A stretch of 64,000 nucleotides of DNA from Planctomycetota bacterium (lineage in GTDB: Bacteria; Planctomycetota; UBA1135; GCA-002748355). Positions 18,947-28,300 of the stretch are shown here, piece after piece. The stretch is from assembly GCA_002748355.1 (NCBI GenBank), contig PDSF01000035.1:14004-78003 (forward strand), given 5' to 3'. The translations under genes and the position numbers were made by a program. Numbering within the stretch: the first letter of the stretch is position 1; every line of letters starts with the position of its first letter. Below the pieces are notes generated by a model. The model had not been told where the DNA came from. It worked only from the letters and a program-made list of their open reading frames with translations, and did no database searches.

Positions 18947-21900
18947 TTAGAGCTCGGCCAGAAGGTAGCGCTGGCTGCGCCGTGCCCCCACGGCTCGGAG
19001 TCGGCCCTCCGCAACGAAGCGCTGCAGATCTCGACTCGCAGTCCTCCGGCTGACCCCGAGCAAACGGCAGTATTCCTTGGGGCGAATCCCCTCCTCGGGT
19101 GCACGATGCTTCAGCTCTTCGAGAAGTCGAACCAGGCGATGCTGCAGCCCTTTCTCCCCCACGAGGTCTGAGACCGGCCCAGTCGGAGGCGAACGACGCG
19201 AGCCTCCGACTCCGAGCTGGGGGGCCGGCAGGTCCTGCGCCCCCACCTCTTCGAGTTCGAGATCTTCCGCCTCGACGAAATGCCCCCGGGCCAGAACCAG
19301 GGCTCGCATAACGACATTCCGGAGTTCACGAACATTCCCCGGCCAAGGATGGCGGTAGAGCCGGTCCAAGGCCCCGGGGCTGAACTTCCGGGCCTCCTCC
19401 CCGAATTCGCGCCGGAAGAACTCGACGAGGTCCGGGATCTCCATCTTGCGTTCGCGAAGCGGGGGAACCTGGAGCTGCACCCCCTGGAGCCGGTAGTACA
19501 AGTCCTCGCGGAAACGCCCCTCTTCGAGCAAGGCGCTCAGATCACGATGGGTGGCAGCGAAGAGCCGGACGTCAACCCGAATCGACTCCTGGCCCCCCAC
19601 CCTTTGGAACTCACCCGACTGCAAGACACGCAGCAGCTTTGCCTGAACCTGGTAGGGCAGCTCCCCAATCTCATCGAGAAAGAGGCTGCCCCCATCCGCG
19701 CTCTCGAAGAGACCGCGTTTGCGTTCGCTGGCGCCGGTAAAGGCCCCCTGCTCGTGGCCGAAGAGTTCAGACTCAAGCAGCCCCCCGGGAATCGCCGCGC
19801 AGTTGACCTTCACCAAGGGAGCATCCCTTCGCTCGCTAAAAGCGTGGAGCCTGTCGACGACGATCTCCTTGCCCGTCCCGGTTTCGCCAACAACCAATAC
19901 GGGGATCTGAGTGCTCGCGACCCGCTCGATCTTATCGAGCAGCTCCCGCATGACCGACGAGGCCCAGACGGCTCCCGCAGTCTCGATCGGGCTGGTGGAG
20001 AGATCGCTCGCAGCTGCTGCCGAAGAATCCTCGGGCTCAGGCCGTGCGCGCCGGCGCTCCAAGCTGTCGAGGAGGAAGGCTGCCGAACCGCCGTCCTCGG
20101 GAAACACCACCGCCTCACCGAGAATCCGGCAACTGGCCCCAGAGTCCAGGGCCAGACCTTCGAGCAGCCCCCGGAGCATGCGCAGGGTGCGACGCCCCTC
20201 CTCGGCCCCTGTGCCCGGCAGGAGCAGTTCGAAGACCGCCAGCCCAGTGCGGCCGGCCACACCGTGCTCGGGCAAGTTCTCGTCAATCTCCGCCCCGAGT
20301 CGGCCCAATAGATGGTCAAAGAACTCCTCGCCGAGACTGCTGCGCAAGCTGGCGGCATCCTCGATCTCCAGGCGCAGCAATGTGGCCAAGTCTCCCGAAC
20401 GCTGCGAGCGCTCGAGTTCCTGCGCCAAACGGCGGCGAAAGTAGCGCCGCACCGCGAGGCCGGTCGCCCCGTCCTCGATCGCCAACCTGTAGATCCGAGC
20501 CGTCTCAGCTGCACTGGCCAGCTGCTGCAACAAGGCCTGGACATGCTCAAACTCGATGTCACGACCCCAGTGACCGCGCACTCCCACCAGCACCGCTCCC
20601 TGAACCCGCTCCTTGATCCGCAGCGGCAGGACCAGGATGCGCCCCGCTCCCACCAAGGCAGGGAAGCCGGCCAGGCCAGCCCCCTGCCCCAGAAGCAGCT
20701 CGCAGGGCCCTCCCGCACTCAGCACCTGATGGGCCAAGGCCCCGTGGCGAGAGATATTGCGCGGCCCTTCGGCCTCGCCAAAAAGCCGCAGGTCTCCACT
20801 CTCGCGATCGAGAAGGAGGAGCATCCCTGAGTCCGCCCCACAAGCTTCCAGACAGAGTTCAAGACCGCGCTCGGCCACCCGCTCCAGCTCCAAGGTCGAA
20901 CCCAGATCCCGAATCGCGCTATTGGTTCGGTCGAGCTGGGTCACCCTCTCGCGAAGCTCTGCGGTCATGCTGCCGAAGGCGCGGTTCAGGCCCGCGACCT
21001 CGTCCTGGCCGCCGAGGGGAGGAACCTCCAGAGCCAGGTCACCGGCCGCAATGCGGCGGGCCATCAGGGAGAGTCGCTCCATGGGCCGGGAGACTCGCTC
21101 CGTCAGCGACCAGGCCAGGAAGAGACTCAGCATGAGGAGGAAGCCAACAAGCACGACGAAGAAGCGCCGCAGCGGCACCGACTCGCCCCAGGGCGCGAGG
21201 GTCGCCCCCCGGAAGGGCCGGCTGACCCCCAGCATCCCCAGCATCTTCCCCGTGGGGTCCCGAAGCAGGCTAAAAGCTGCGAGTCGCCCCCCACCGCTCT
21301 TCAGCAACTCGACATGGCTCCCCGGACTGGCCCGCAGCTGCTCAAGCACCGCCCGTCTCTCGGCCAGGGCTCCGGGCAAGCGCGAGCTGTCCGAGGCGTC
21401 CCCAGCAACGACAAGGGGATAGCCATCGAGGTCGTAGAGCCCGAGTTCGCCATCGATGGCCAGGGATTGCAGCCATTCGGCATCCAGCACCCGCCCCAGG
21501 GAAACTCGCAGCCCCTGTCCAGGCCCGCGCTCCAGCTCGGCACGCGCACCGAGGACCAGGCTGCCCCAGCGCAGATAAAGTCCCGAACCCGCACCCAGAG
21601 GGCGATCCCCAAGGCGGCGACTGCGCTCGCGATCCCAAACTCGCACAGCCCGCTCTTCACCACCCGTCGGAGGCAAACGCAGGATCAGAAAGCTGTCGGG
21701 GTGCCAGTCACTGGGACGAGCGAGCTCGAGACCCTCACGGGCACGTGCCAGCACATCGTCTCGCTTCGCAGAATCGGCGTATTCGGCAAGGCTGTCGCCA
21801 AGGCTGCGCAGCAGACTGCGCGCGCCCTTCTCCAGCTCAGCGCGCCCCTCATCCAAGCGCTCTTCGAGCTTGCTGAGACCGCTGAGAGCATGCTCTTCTT

Positions 21901-24583
21901 GTTGCTTCCGCTCCTGCCCCTCCAAGATCTGAACGAGGAAGAGGGCCAGCAATAGGAGCGGAAGCACCCCCGCCACGAGGAAGAGGCCACCGAGTTGGAA
22001 GCGCAGGCTAAAGCGCCCCCAGAACAGCTCGGAGGCAAAAACCAGCAGGAGGGCTAAGGCGAGCACAGCGACCGCAACGCTGCTGCGGAAGAGGTTGCGG
22101 CTGAGAGTCGCCCGGCTGTCGTCCGGGATCGACAGGGCCAAGACCGCATCCCCCCAGACCTCGCTGTCGAGGCTGAGAAAGGCGTCGTAGCTGTCACCCT
22201 GGGAGACCAATTGGTTCCGGGTCAGCACCAGAGACTCACTCTCCAGCGAGCGCGCCAGATCGGCATCCAGACTCAGGCCTTTGACCTCAAGCTCGCGAGG
22301 GCCCGCTGTTAGTTGCCGTTGCCGAAAGACAAAGCAGTTGGCCCGCGAGACATCCTCAAGCCAGTCGGCACGCAAGTGACGCTCCCCCGCGCGACCGCTG
22401 GCGACGAAGGCCGCGTCATCTCGACTCACCGCCTGCGGGCCTCGGGTGCGAACGAAAACGATCTCACGCACCCGGATGGCGTAGGGGGAGCTGCTCTCCA
22501 GGCTCATTTCCTGCAACTCGCCGGGCGCTCCAAAGGCCAACTCGAGGGCGGGCGTCATCCGGGCACCGCCGTCTCGGCCCTCCCACTCGTAGGCGATGCG
22601 GGCGAGGCCTGCTTCACCGAGTCGCTCGAGTTCGGAGTTCGCACTCATGTCGCGGGCGAAGATCTCCCGCTGGTGCCGGAGTTCGAAAACCTGCTCGGGA
22701 CGCCCCTTGCCCCGTCGCTTGAACTGCACTCGGACCCGCCCCACCGTGAGGCCATCGGAGACCCCACTGAAGGCCGGCCCCTCGAGCCCTTCGACGAAGA
22801 GCCAGAGTCCTGTCACATCCTTTTGAGCTTTGGGCAAAGGCAGCTTGCGCTTTTGGCCTGGCAGGAGCAGGAAGCCGGCGAGCTCCGGGTTCTCGCCTCG
22901 GAGCACCGACGGGACACCGATCTTCGAGACGGCTCCCAACCAGAGAGGCTCGGCTTTGGCTGTGCTCGCGCCCCGCCTAACGGCCGCCCCCTCCAGGCGC
23001 AGCCCCAAGCTGTCGGAAGCGAGTAGGAAGGCGCTGCTGCCCGCGGGGACTTTGAGCTCGGCGGCAAAGCGTGGCCTGGTCACTCCGAATCGCGGCAGTT
23101 CGGGCAGGGCAATGAGCGGAGGCTCTTGCTCCTCCTCTCCCTCTGAACTCTCGAAGCGGAGTCGTATGCTCGGCTCTTCGCCCATGCGGAACTCTCCCGG
23201 CTCTTGCGAGAGCAGGAGCACAAGCACGTCTCCGGCACCGTCGCTCACAAAGCCGAAGCGCTGCGCTTCTTGGCCCAAGGGCATGGCGTAGACCCGAAAC
23301 GAGGCATCGAGTGTCTCCGAATGTTCCGCCCCGAGCCCCATCAGCTCTGGCGCCAGCTCGGTAAAACTCAAGAAGTCCTGGGCCACTGGCAACTGCAGCG
23401 CTCGCCCGCCGAGCAGCTCAATGAGTGGACCGTCCCGGCTCTCGCCTCGCAGTTCCGCAAGCCCGCCCTCCTCCAGCTGCGGCAGCCGTTCTTGCATGCG
23501 AGCGGCCAGCCCGCGGAGATCCTCGAATCGCCCCGAGTCATAGACCCCGAGCACGAGACTCGGCAGCAACCAAGCCGAGATCGCCACTGCCCCGAGGACC
23601 AAGGTCCAAAGCTTCGCCTGTCTAGTGCTCTCGACGAGGAGACGCCGAACGCTTCGCCGCGCCAGCACAAGGAGGGCAAGGAGGCAGAGCCCTAAGAGCA
23701 GGTAGAACAGAGCGCTTTGCAGTACGCGCAGCCAAGCCCCGGCGTCGCCAGCCTCAGCTTCGAGTATCGACGGCCCTACGAAGCGCAAACGCCCAAAGCT
23801 ACTGGTGCGGTCGATCGGTGAACGATGGCCGCTCCAGACCAGGTAGTTGTAGCTATCACCCGGCCTGTCCCGGTCGCCCAGAGCCAGGTTGAAGCCAATC
23901 TCGCGAGCCCCAGGAGAAAGCTGAGGCAGATTGTGCAAAGGGATGGCGACTTCTAGATAACAGACCCTGCGTTCGAAGCGCCGCGCGATTCGGATTCCGC
24001 TGAGACCCCGGTCGGCCATCACCGGCTGACTCAGCTCTTGCGTCTCGAGCGGGAGCATGTCAATCGCCGCCCAACGGCGCTCATTGCCGAAGGGGATCAG
24101 CAAGACCTGCAGGTCGTCGTCATCGAAACGCTCCTTGCCCGGACCGTCATCCCGCAAGTCGCAGTCAAAAAAGAGCTCGATGACATCACCGCTTTCCCAG
24201 CTCTCAAAGGCACGCGGTGCCGTCGGCCGCTGGTCGCGGAGTTCGCAGAACAGATATAAGTGGCTACGGTCATAGAGCAGCCGCACGCGGACCGAGGCGT
24301 CTTTGGGGCCCCGCCAATTGAGGTGCCCAGTCTCCACCAACTGCTCGCGGCGCTCCAGGACGATGGCGGGCGCGTCGGCCCACTCCCGGTCATGGGCATC
24401 GAGTTTCGGCGCTTGCTCGATGAAGGGCAGCTCCACCAAGCGCCGAACTCCGGTTTGGGCTGCGACCCCAAAGGAGAAGAGCAATAGGAAGAGAACGACC
24501 CTGAGCTGAAAACGAAACACGCCGCATTCGAAGAGAAGCGGCGTGTGTAACGGCGTTCGTTCCATAGCGGCTTGTGGGCTCAC
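18947..24583 (-). CDS. Giant membrane-integral sigma-54-dependent transcriptional activator (bEBP) with CBM9/DOMON-like, HAMP, GAF, degenerate GGDEF-like, AAA+ and C-terminal wHTH regions
   Basis: 1878 aa. The AAA+ core has Walker A GETGTGKE, the sigma-54 contact loop GAFTGA, Walker B SLFLDEIGEL and RVGG. HAMP-like: RPMERLSLMARRIAAGDL...EVAGLNRAFGSMTAEL. The GGDEF-domain opening DGATGLAVRRYF is present but has no GGDEF/GGEEF motif. About 6 hydrophobic segments lie near aa 24-42, 288-308, 325-346, 835-853, 863-886 and 1141-1160. C-terminal HTH: YCRLLGVSRRTASRDLQRFVAEGRL. Confidence 0.85.
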   Translation of the reverse strand: MSPQAAMERTPLHTPLLFECGVFRFQLRVVLFLLLFSFGVAAQTGVRRLVELPFIEQAPKLDAHDREWADAPAIVLERREQLVETGHLNWRGPKDASVRVRLLYDRSHLYLFCELRDQRPTAPRAFESWESGDVIELFFDCDLRDDGPGKERFDDDDLQVLLIPFGNERRWAAIDMLPLETQELSQPVMADRGLSGIRIARRFERRVCYLEVAIPLHNLPQLSPGAREIGFNLALGDRDRPGDSYNYLVWSGHRSPIDRTSSFGRLRFVGPSILEAEAGDAGAWLRVLQSALFYLLLGLCLLALLVLARRSVRRLLVESTRQAKLWTLVLGAVAISAWLLPSLVLGVYDSGRFEDLRGLAARMQERLPQLEEGGLAELRGESRDGPLIELLGGRALQLPVAQDFLSFTELAPELMGLGAEHSETLDASFRVYAMPLGQEAQRFGFVSDGAGDVLVLLLSQEPGEFRMGEEPSIRLRFESSEGEEEQEPPLIALPELPRFGVTRPRFAAELKVPAGSSAFLLASDSLGLRLEGAAVRRGASTAKAEPLWLGAVSKIGVPSVLRGENPELAGFLLLPGQKRKLPLPKAQKDVTGLWLFVEGLEGPAFSGVSDGLTVGRVRVQFKRRGKGRPEQVFELRHQREIFARDMSANSELERLGEAGLARIAYEWEGRDGGARMTPALELAFGAPGELQEMSLESSSPYAIRVREIVFVRTRGPQAVSRDDAAFVASGRAGERHLRADWLEDVSRANCFVFRQRQLTAGPRELEVKGLSLDADLARSLESESLVLTRNQLVSQGDSYDAFLSLDSEVWGDAVLALSIPDDSRATLSRNLFRSSVAVAVLALALLLVFASELFWGRFSLRFQLGGLFLVAGVLPLLLLALFLVQILEGQERKQQEEHALSGLSKLEERLDEGRAELEKGARSLLRSLGDSLAEYADSAKRDDVLARAREGLELARPSDWHPDSFLILRLPPTGGEERAVRVWDRERSRRLGDRPLGAGSGLYLRWGSLVLGARAELERGPGQGLRVSLGRVLDAEWLQSLAIDGELGLYDLDGYPLVVAGDASDSSRLPGALAERRAVLEQLRASPGSHVELLKSGGGRLAAFSLLRDPTGKMLGMLGVSRPFRGATLAPWGESVPLRRFFVVLVGFLLMLSLFLAWSLTERVSRPMERLSLMARRIAAGDLALEVPPLGGQDEVAGLNRAFGSMTAELRERVTQLDRTNSAIRDLGSTLELERVAERGLELCLEACGADSGMLLLLDRESGDLRLFGEAEGPRNISRHGALAHQVLSAGGPCELLLGQGAGLAGFPALVGAGRILVLPLRIKERVQGAVLVGVRGHWGRDIEFEHVQALLQQLASAAETARIYRLAIEDGATGLAVRRYFRRRLAQELERSQRSGDLATLLRLEIEDAASLRSSLGEEFFDHLLGRLGAEIDENLPEHGVAGRTGLAVFELLLPGTGAEEGRRTLRMLRGLLEGLALDSGASCRILGEAVVFPEDGGSAAFLLDSLERRRARPEPEDSSAAAASDLSTSPIETAGAVWASSVMRELLDKIERVASTQIPVLVVGETGTGKEIVVDRLHAFSERRDAPLVKVNCAAIPGGLLESELFGHEQGAFTGASERKRGLFESADGGSLFLDEIGELPYQVQAKLLRVLQSGEFQRVGGQESIRVDVRLFAATHRDLSALLEEGRFREDLYYRLQGVQLQVPPLRERKMEIPDLVEFFRREFGEEARKFSPGALDRLYRHPWPGNVRELRNVVMRALVLARGHFVEAEDLELEEVGAQDLPAPQLGVGGSRRSPPTGPVSDLVGEKGLQHRLVRLLEELKHRAPEEGIRPKEYCRLLGVSRRTASRDLQRFVAEGRLRAVGARRSQRYLLAEL

Positions 24584-24616
24584 AAGCCGGAAGGATAGTC
24601 CCGGTCGCTCAGAGAA

Positions 24617-24841
24617 TCAGCATGTCTGTAGGACCTGTACTTCGCGGGCGTGCCAACCCTTCTCGCCCTTGATGACTCCAAAGCAGACCGCTTGGCCGTC
24701 TTCGAGGACCTTGTAGCCCTCACCGGAAATATTGCTGTAGTGGATGAAGATGTCTTCATCGAACTGATCGCAACGAAGAAAGCCGAAGCCCTTGCGGTTA
24801 TCGAACCACTTCACGTGGCCCTGAATGTTCTCAGTGTTCAT
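24617..24841 (-). CDS. Cold-shock domain protein (CspA family)
   Basis: 74 aa. RNP1-like KGFGFL and RNP2-like DIFIHYS, with the typical opening GHVKWFDNRKGFGFL. Confidence 0.95.
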   Translation of the reverse strand: MNTENIQGHVKWFDNRKGFGFLRCDQFDEDIFIHYSNISGEGYKVLEDGQAVCFGVIKGEKGWHAREVQVLQTC

Positions 24842-25294
24842 TTCAACGCCTGTTCACAGAACCAAAAGCATCCGAAGCTAGGGGCCAGTCAGCCCTGCTG
24901 AGCGAGCGCTTCGGAGCACAGGACTCTCTTCGGATGGCCGGTGAAGGACGTTGAGCAGGGATGCTAGAAAGCCGGAGAAAAAGAGAGGATTCTCTCGAAA
25001 GACGAAAGAACCCCCTTAACAAAAGGGGTCAGGGAGTATCCGAAAATCGGCCACTATAATAAAAAAATGGCTCTTGAGATCCTCGACGCAGGTACTGGAA
25101 CAGCCAAGGCAAGACAGCTAGCAGTATCGCAGCATGGGATACCGCGCCAGGCTCTGGCCTCGATGGGCCTGGACAAGGCTGGTGAATCATCTGATTCGCC
25201 GAAAACCTCACCCAAGCCAATCGGGCTTTTTGCCGCAGGAGCCTGCGGCCGTACGAAGGCATCGTGGGCCCCTCAGACCGGCAACTGAGCGCCA

Positions 25295-25387
25295 AGTCAT
25301 TAGCGCCCAGTCAGCCCAGTCATTAGCGCCCAGTCATTAGCGCCCAGTCATTAGCGCCCAGTCATTAGCGCCCAGTCATTAGCGACT
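25295..25387. repeat. 14-bp tandem repeat (plus strand AGTCATTAGCGCCC; minus strand GGGCGCTAATGACT), about 6.5 copies, overlapping the pnp stop codon
   Basis: Copies start at 25295, 25318, 25332, 25346, 25360 and 25374, with a 9-nt partial unit at 25309. The last copy contains the pnp TAA (25381..25379). On the minus strand every unit carries TAATGA. Confidence 0.9.
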
Positions 25388-28300
25388 GCGCCGGGGGCGA
25401 CCCGCATCGCCTTCGTCACGGCGACTACGGCGACGCGGGCGGGCATCTTCGTCCTCATCGCGGCGGCTGCGGCTACGCGGACGAAGCTCCTCACCCTCGT
25501 CTCGGCGACTGCGACGACGAGGACGAACATCCTCACCCTCATCGCGGCGACTGCGGCTACGCGGACGAACATCCTCACCCTCATCGCGGCGACTGCGACG
25601 ACGCGGACGAACATCCTCGTCCTCATCGCGGCGGCTACGGCCACGCGGACGAACATCCTCATCCTCATCGCGGCGACTGCGACGACGAGGACGAACATCC
25701 TCATCCTCATCGCGGCGACTGCGACGACGAGGACGAACATCCTCATCCTCATCGCGGCGGCTACGGCTACGCGGGCGAACATCCTCATCCTCATCGCGGC
25801 GGCTGCGACGACGCGGACGAACATCCTCATCCTCGTCACGACGGCTACGACGACGCGGACGAACATCCTCATCCTCGTCACGACGGCTACGGCTACGCGG
25901 ACGAAGCTCCTCATCCTCATCGCGGCGGCTGCGACGACGCGGGCGGACATCTTCGTCCTCGTCGCGGCGGCTGCGCCGGCGCGGACGGGCCTCTTCCGCA
26001 CGCGCTCCCTGGTGCTTGCGTCCACGGGCGGGACGATCGTCCTTCTCGCGATCCTCCCGACCGCGACCCTGACGAGATCGGCCACGTGGCTTCGGAGCAA
26101 TCTCCTCCACCTCTTCGGGAAGCTCACCGTCAAGGATCTCTTCCTCGACCTCGTCGAGAGCATCCTCTTCGACGATCTCTTCGTCGACGTCGATTTCTTC
26201 GTCGACTTCAATCTCCTCGCCGAAGTCTTCGTCGACTTCGCTCAAGTCCTCCTCGTTATCCAGCGGCAAATCGGACTCCTCCTCGGCTCCGAGCAGAGCC
26301 TTACGCGAGAGCTTGATCTTGCCGAGAGGATCAACATCAAGGACCTTCACCTGGATTTCGTCGCCGATATCGCAGACCTCGTTGACCGAGCGCACGAACT
26401 CATCGGAGAGTTCGCTCACGTGACAGAGCCCCTCCTGCCCCGGAAGGATCTCCAGGAAGGCACCGAACTCCTTGATGGCCACGACTCGCCCGGTGTAGGT
26501 CTTACCGACTTCGACTTCGGCAGTGATCTCCTCGATCCGCTTCATCGCGGCCTCGACCTTCGGAGCGTCGAGACCGGCGACCGTGACGGTTCCGTCATCG
26601 CTGACGCTGATCTTGGTATTGGTCTCTTCCTGCAGCCCACGGATGTGCTTGCCACCAGGACCGATGACCACACCGATCTTCTCGGGGTTGATCTTCAGGC
26701 GCTCCAGGCGCGGAGCATGCTGGGAGAGCTTGGCACGCGGCCGACGCAGGGCCGAGAGCATCTCCTTGAGGATCTGGATGCGCCCATCGCGGGCCTGGCC
26801 AAGAGCCTTCTTAAGGAGGGCGCGGGTCAGTCCCTTGCACTTGATGTCCATCTGCAGAGCGGTGATCCCGTTCTGCGTGCCGGTGACCTTGAAGTCCATG
26901 TCACCGCAGTGGTCTTCCGAGCCCTGAATGTCGGAAAGGATGGCGGCCTTGCGTCCTTCCTTGACCAGGCCCATGGCGATCCCTGCGACCGGCTGCTGGA
27001 TGGGGACGCCCGCATCCATCAAGGCCAGGCAGCCACCGCAGACGCTCGCCATCGAGCTCGAGCCGTTGGACTCGAGAATCTCGCTGACCAGACGAATCGT
27101 GTAGGGGAAGTCTTCGGGCTTGGGCAAAACCGGCTCGAGAGCGCGCTCGGCAAGGGCACCATGGCCCAGCTCGCGGCGACTCGTGCCGCGCATCATCCGA
27201 ACCTCTCCCACGCAGAACGGCGGGAAGTTGTAGTGCAGGAGGAACTTCTTCCGCACCTCATCTTCGAGCCCATCGATGATCTGCTCGTCATCGACCGTAC
27301 CGAGGGTCGTGACCACGAGGGCCTGCGTTTCCCCACGGGTAAAGACGGCACTGCCATGGAGCCGGTCGAAGACCGAGGTCTCGATGGTGATCGGGCGGAT
27401 CTCCTTGTGCTTGCGCCCGTCCGTGCGGCGCCCGCTGAGGATGGCCTCACGCTCGGACTCTTTCTTGAGATCCCCGAGCTTGGACTTCAGATACTTCATG
27501 TTGTCGGCGCGCTCTTCGTCATCGAGCTTCGCCCACTTCTTCTCGAAGTATGCCTTGGCCTCGTCGGTGACTTCGGAAACGGCCTGGCCGCGCTGCTTCT
27601 TGCCGCCCTCACTTGAGGTGGCGTCGTAGATCGCGTCGTAGAACTTCTTCCGAAGCTCCTTATCGATGCTCGGGTTATCCGCGGCCTTTTCGAAGACCTG
27701 CTTTTCTTTGCCGGCCTTCTTGCGCAGCTGCTCGATCGCATCGATCACCGTCTTGATCGCCGCATGCCCCTGCTCGAGGGCCTCGAGCATCAGGTCTTCG
27801 GAGACGCCGGCGGCCCCGGCCTCGACCATGGTGACCGCATCCTTGGTAGCGGCCATCGTCAAGTTGAGCTGGCTCCTACCGCTGCTGATGTCCTGGACGC
27901 TGGGCAGGATCGTGATCTTGTCGTCGACGTAGCCCACGCGCACGGCGCCCATGGGCGCCTCGAAGGGCAGCGAACCGATCCAGACCGCGGCGAAAGCGCC
28001 GATCATCGCAACCGTGTCAGGGTCGACATCATGGTCGACGCAGAGCACGTTGCAGAGCACCTGCACCTCGTTCTTGTAGCCGTCGGGGAACATCGGGCGC
28101 AGCGGCCTATCGATGAGCCGGCAGGTCAGAACCTCCTTATTGGTCGGCCTAGCCTCGCGCTTGAAGAAGCCCCCGGGGAACTTGCCGGCAGCGTAGGTCT
28201 TCTCGCGGTAATCCACCGTCAACGGGAAAAAGTCCAAACCCGGACGGGGGTCAGCGCCTTGCGCCGTGACGAGCACCGAGGTGCCCCCCAATGTGGCGAG

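Noticed and set aside
25029-25295. Small ORFs between csp and the pnp 3' repeats: 25067..25288(+), 73 aa, and 25029..25295(-), 88 aa.
   Set aside because: They overlap each other on opposite strands, have no motifs and no convincing RBS, and lie where the csp promoter with its long 5' UTR and the pnp 3' region are expected. The evidence is not sufficient to call either one.
25295-25387. Possible CRISPR array. The same question applies to the repeats at 58519..58589 and 61935..61982.
   Set aside because: The units are 14-20 bp and directly abutting with no unique spacers, and no cas genes are in the window. They are simple tandem repeats.
25351-26211. 286-aa minus-strand ORF with a striking MRMFVRVVAVAAMR periodic sequence.
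   Set aside because: It is an alternative reading frame of the 42-bp pnp repeats on the same strand. The pnp frame is continuous with the KH and S1 domains and is the real one.
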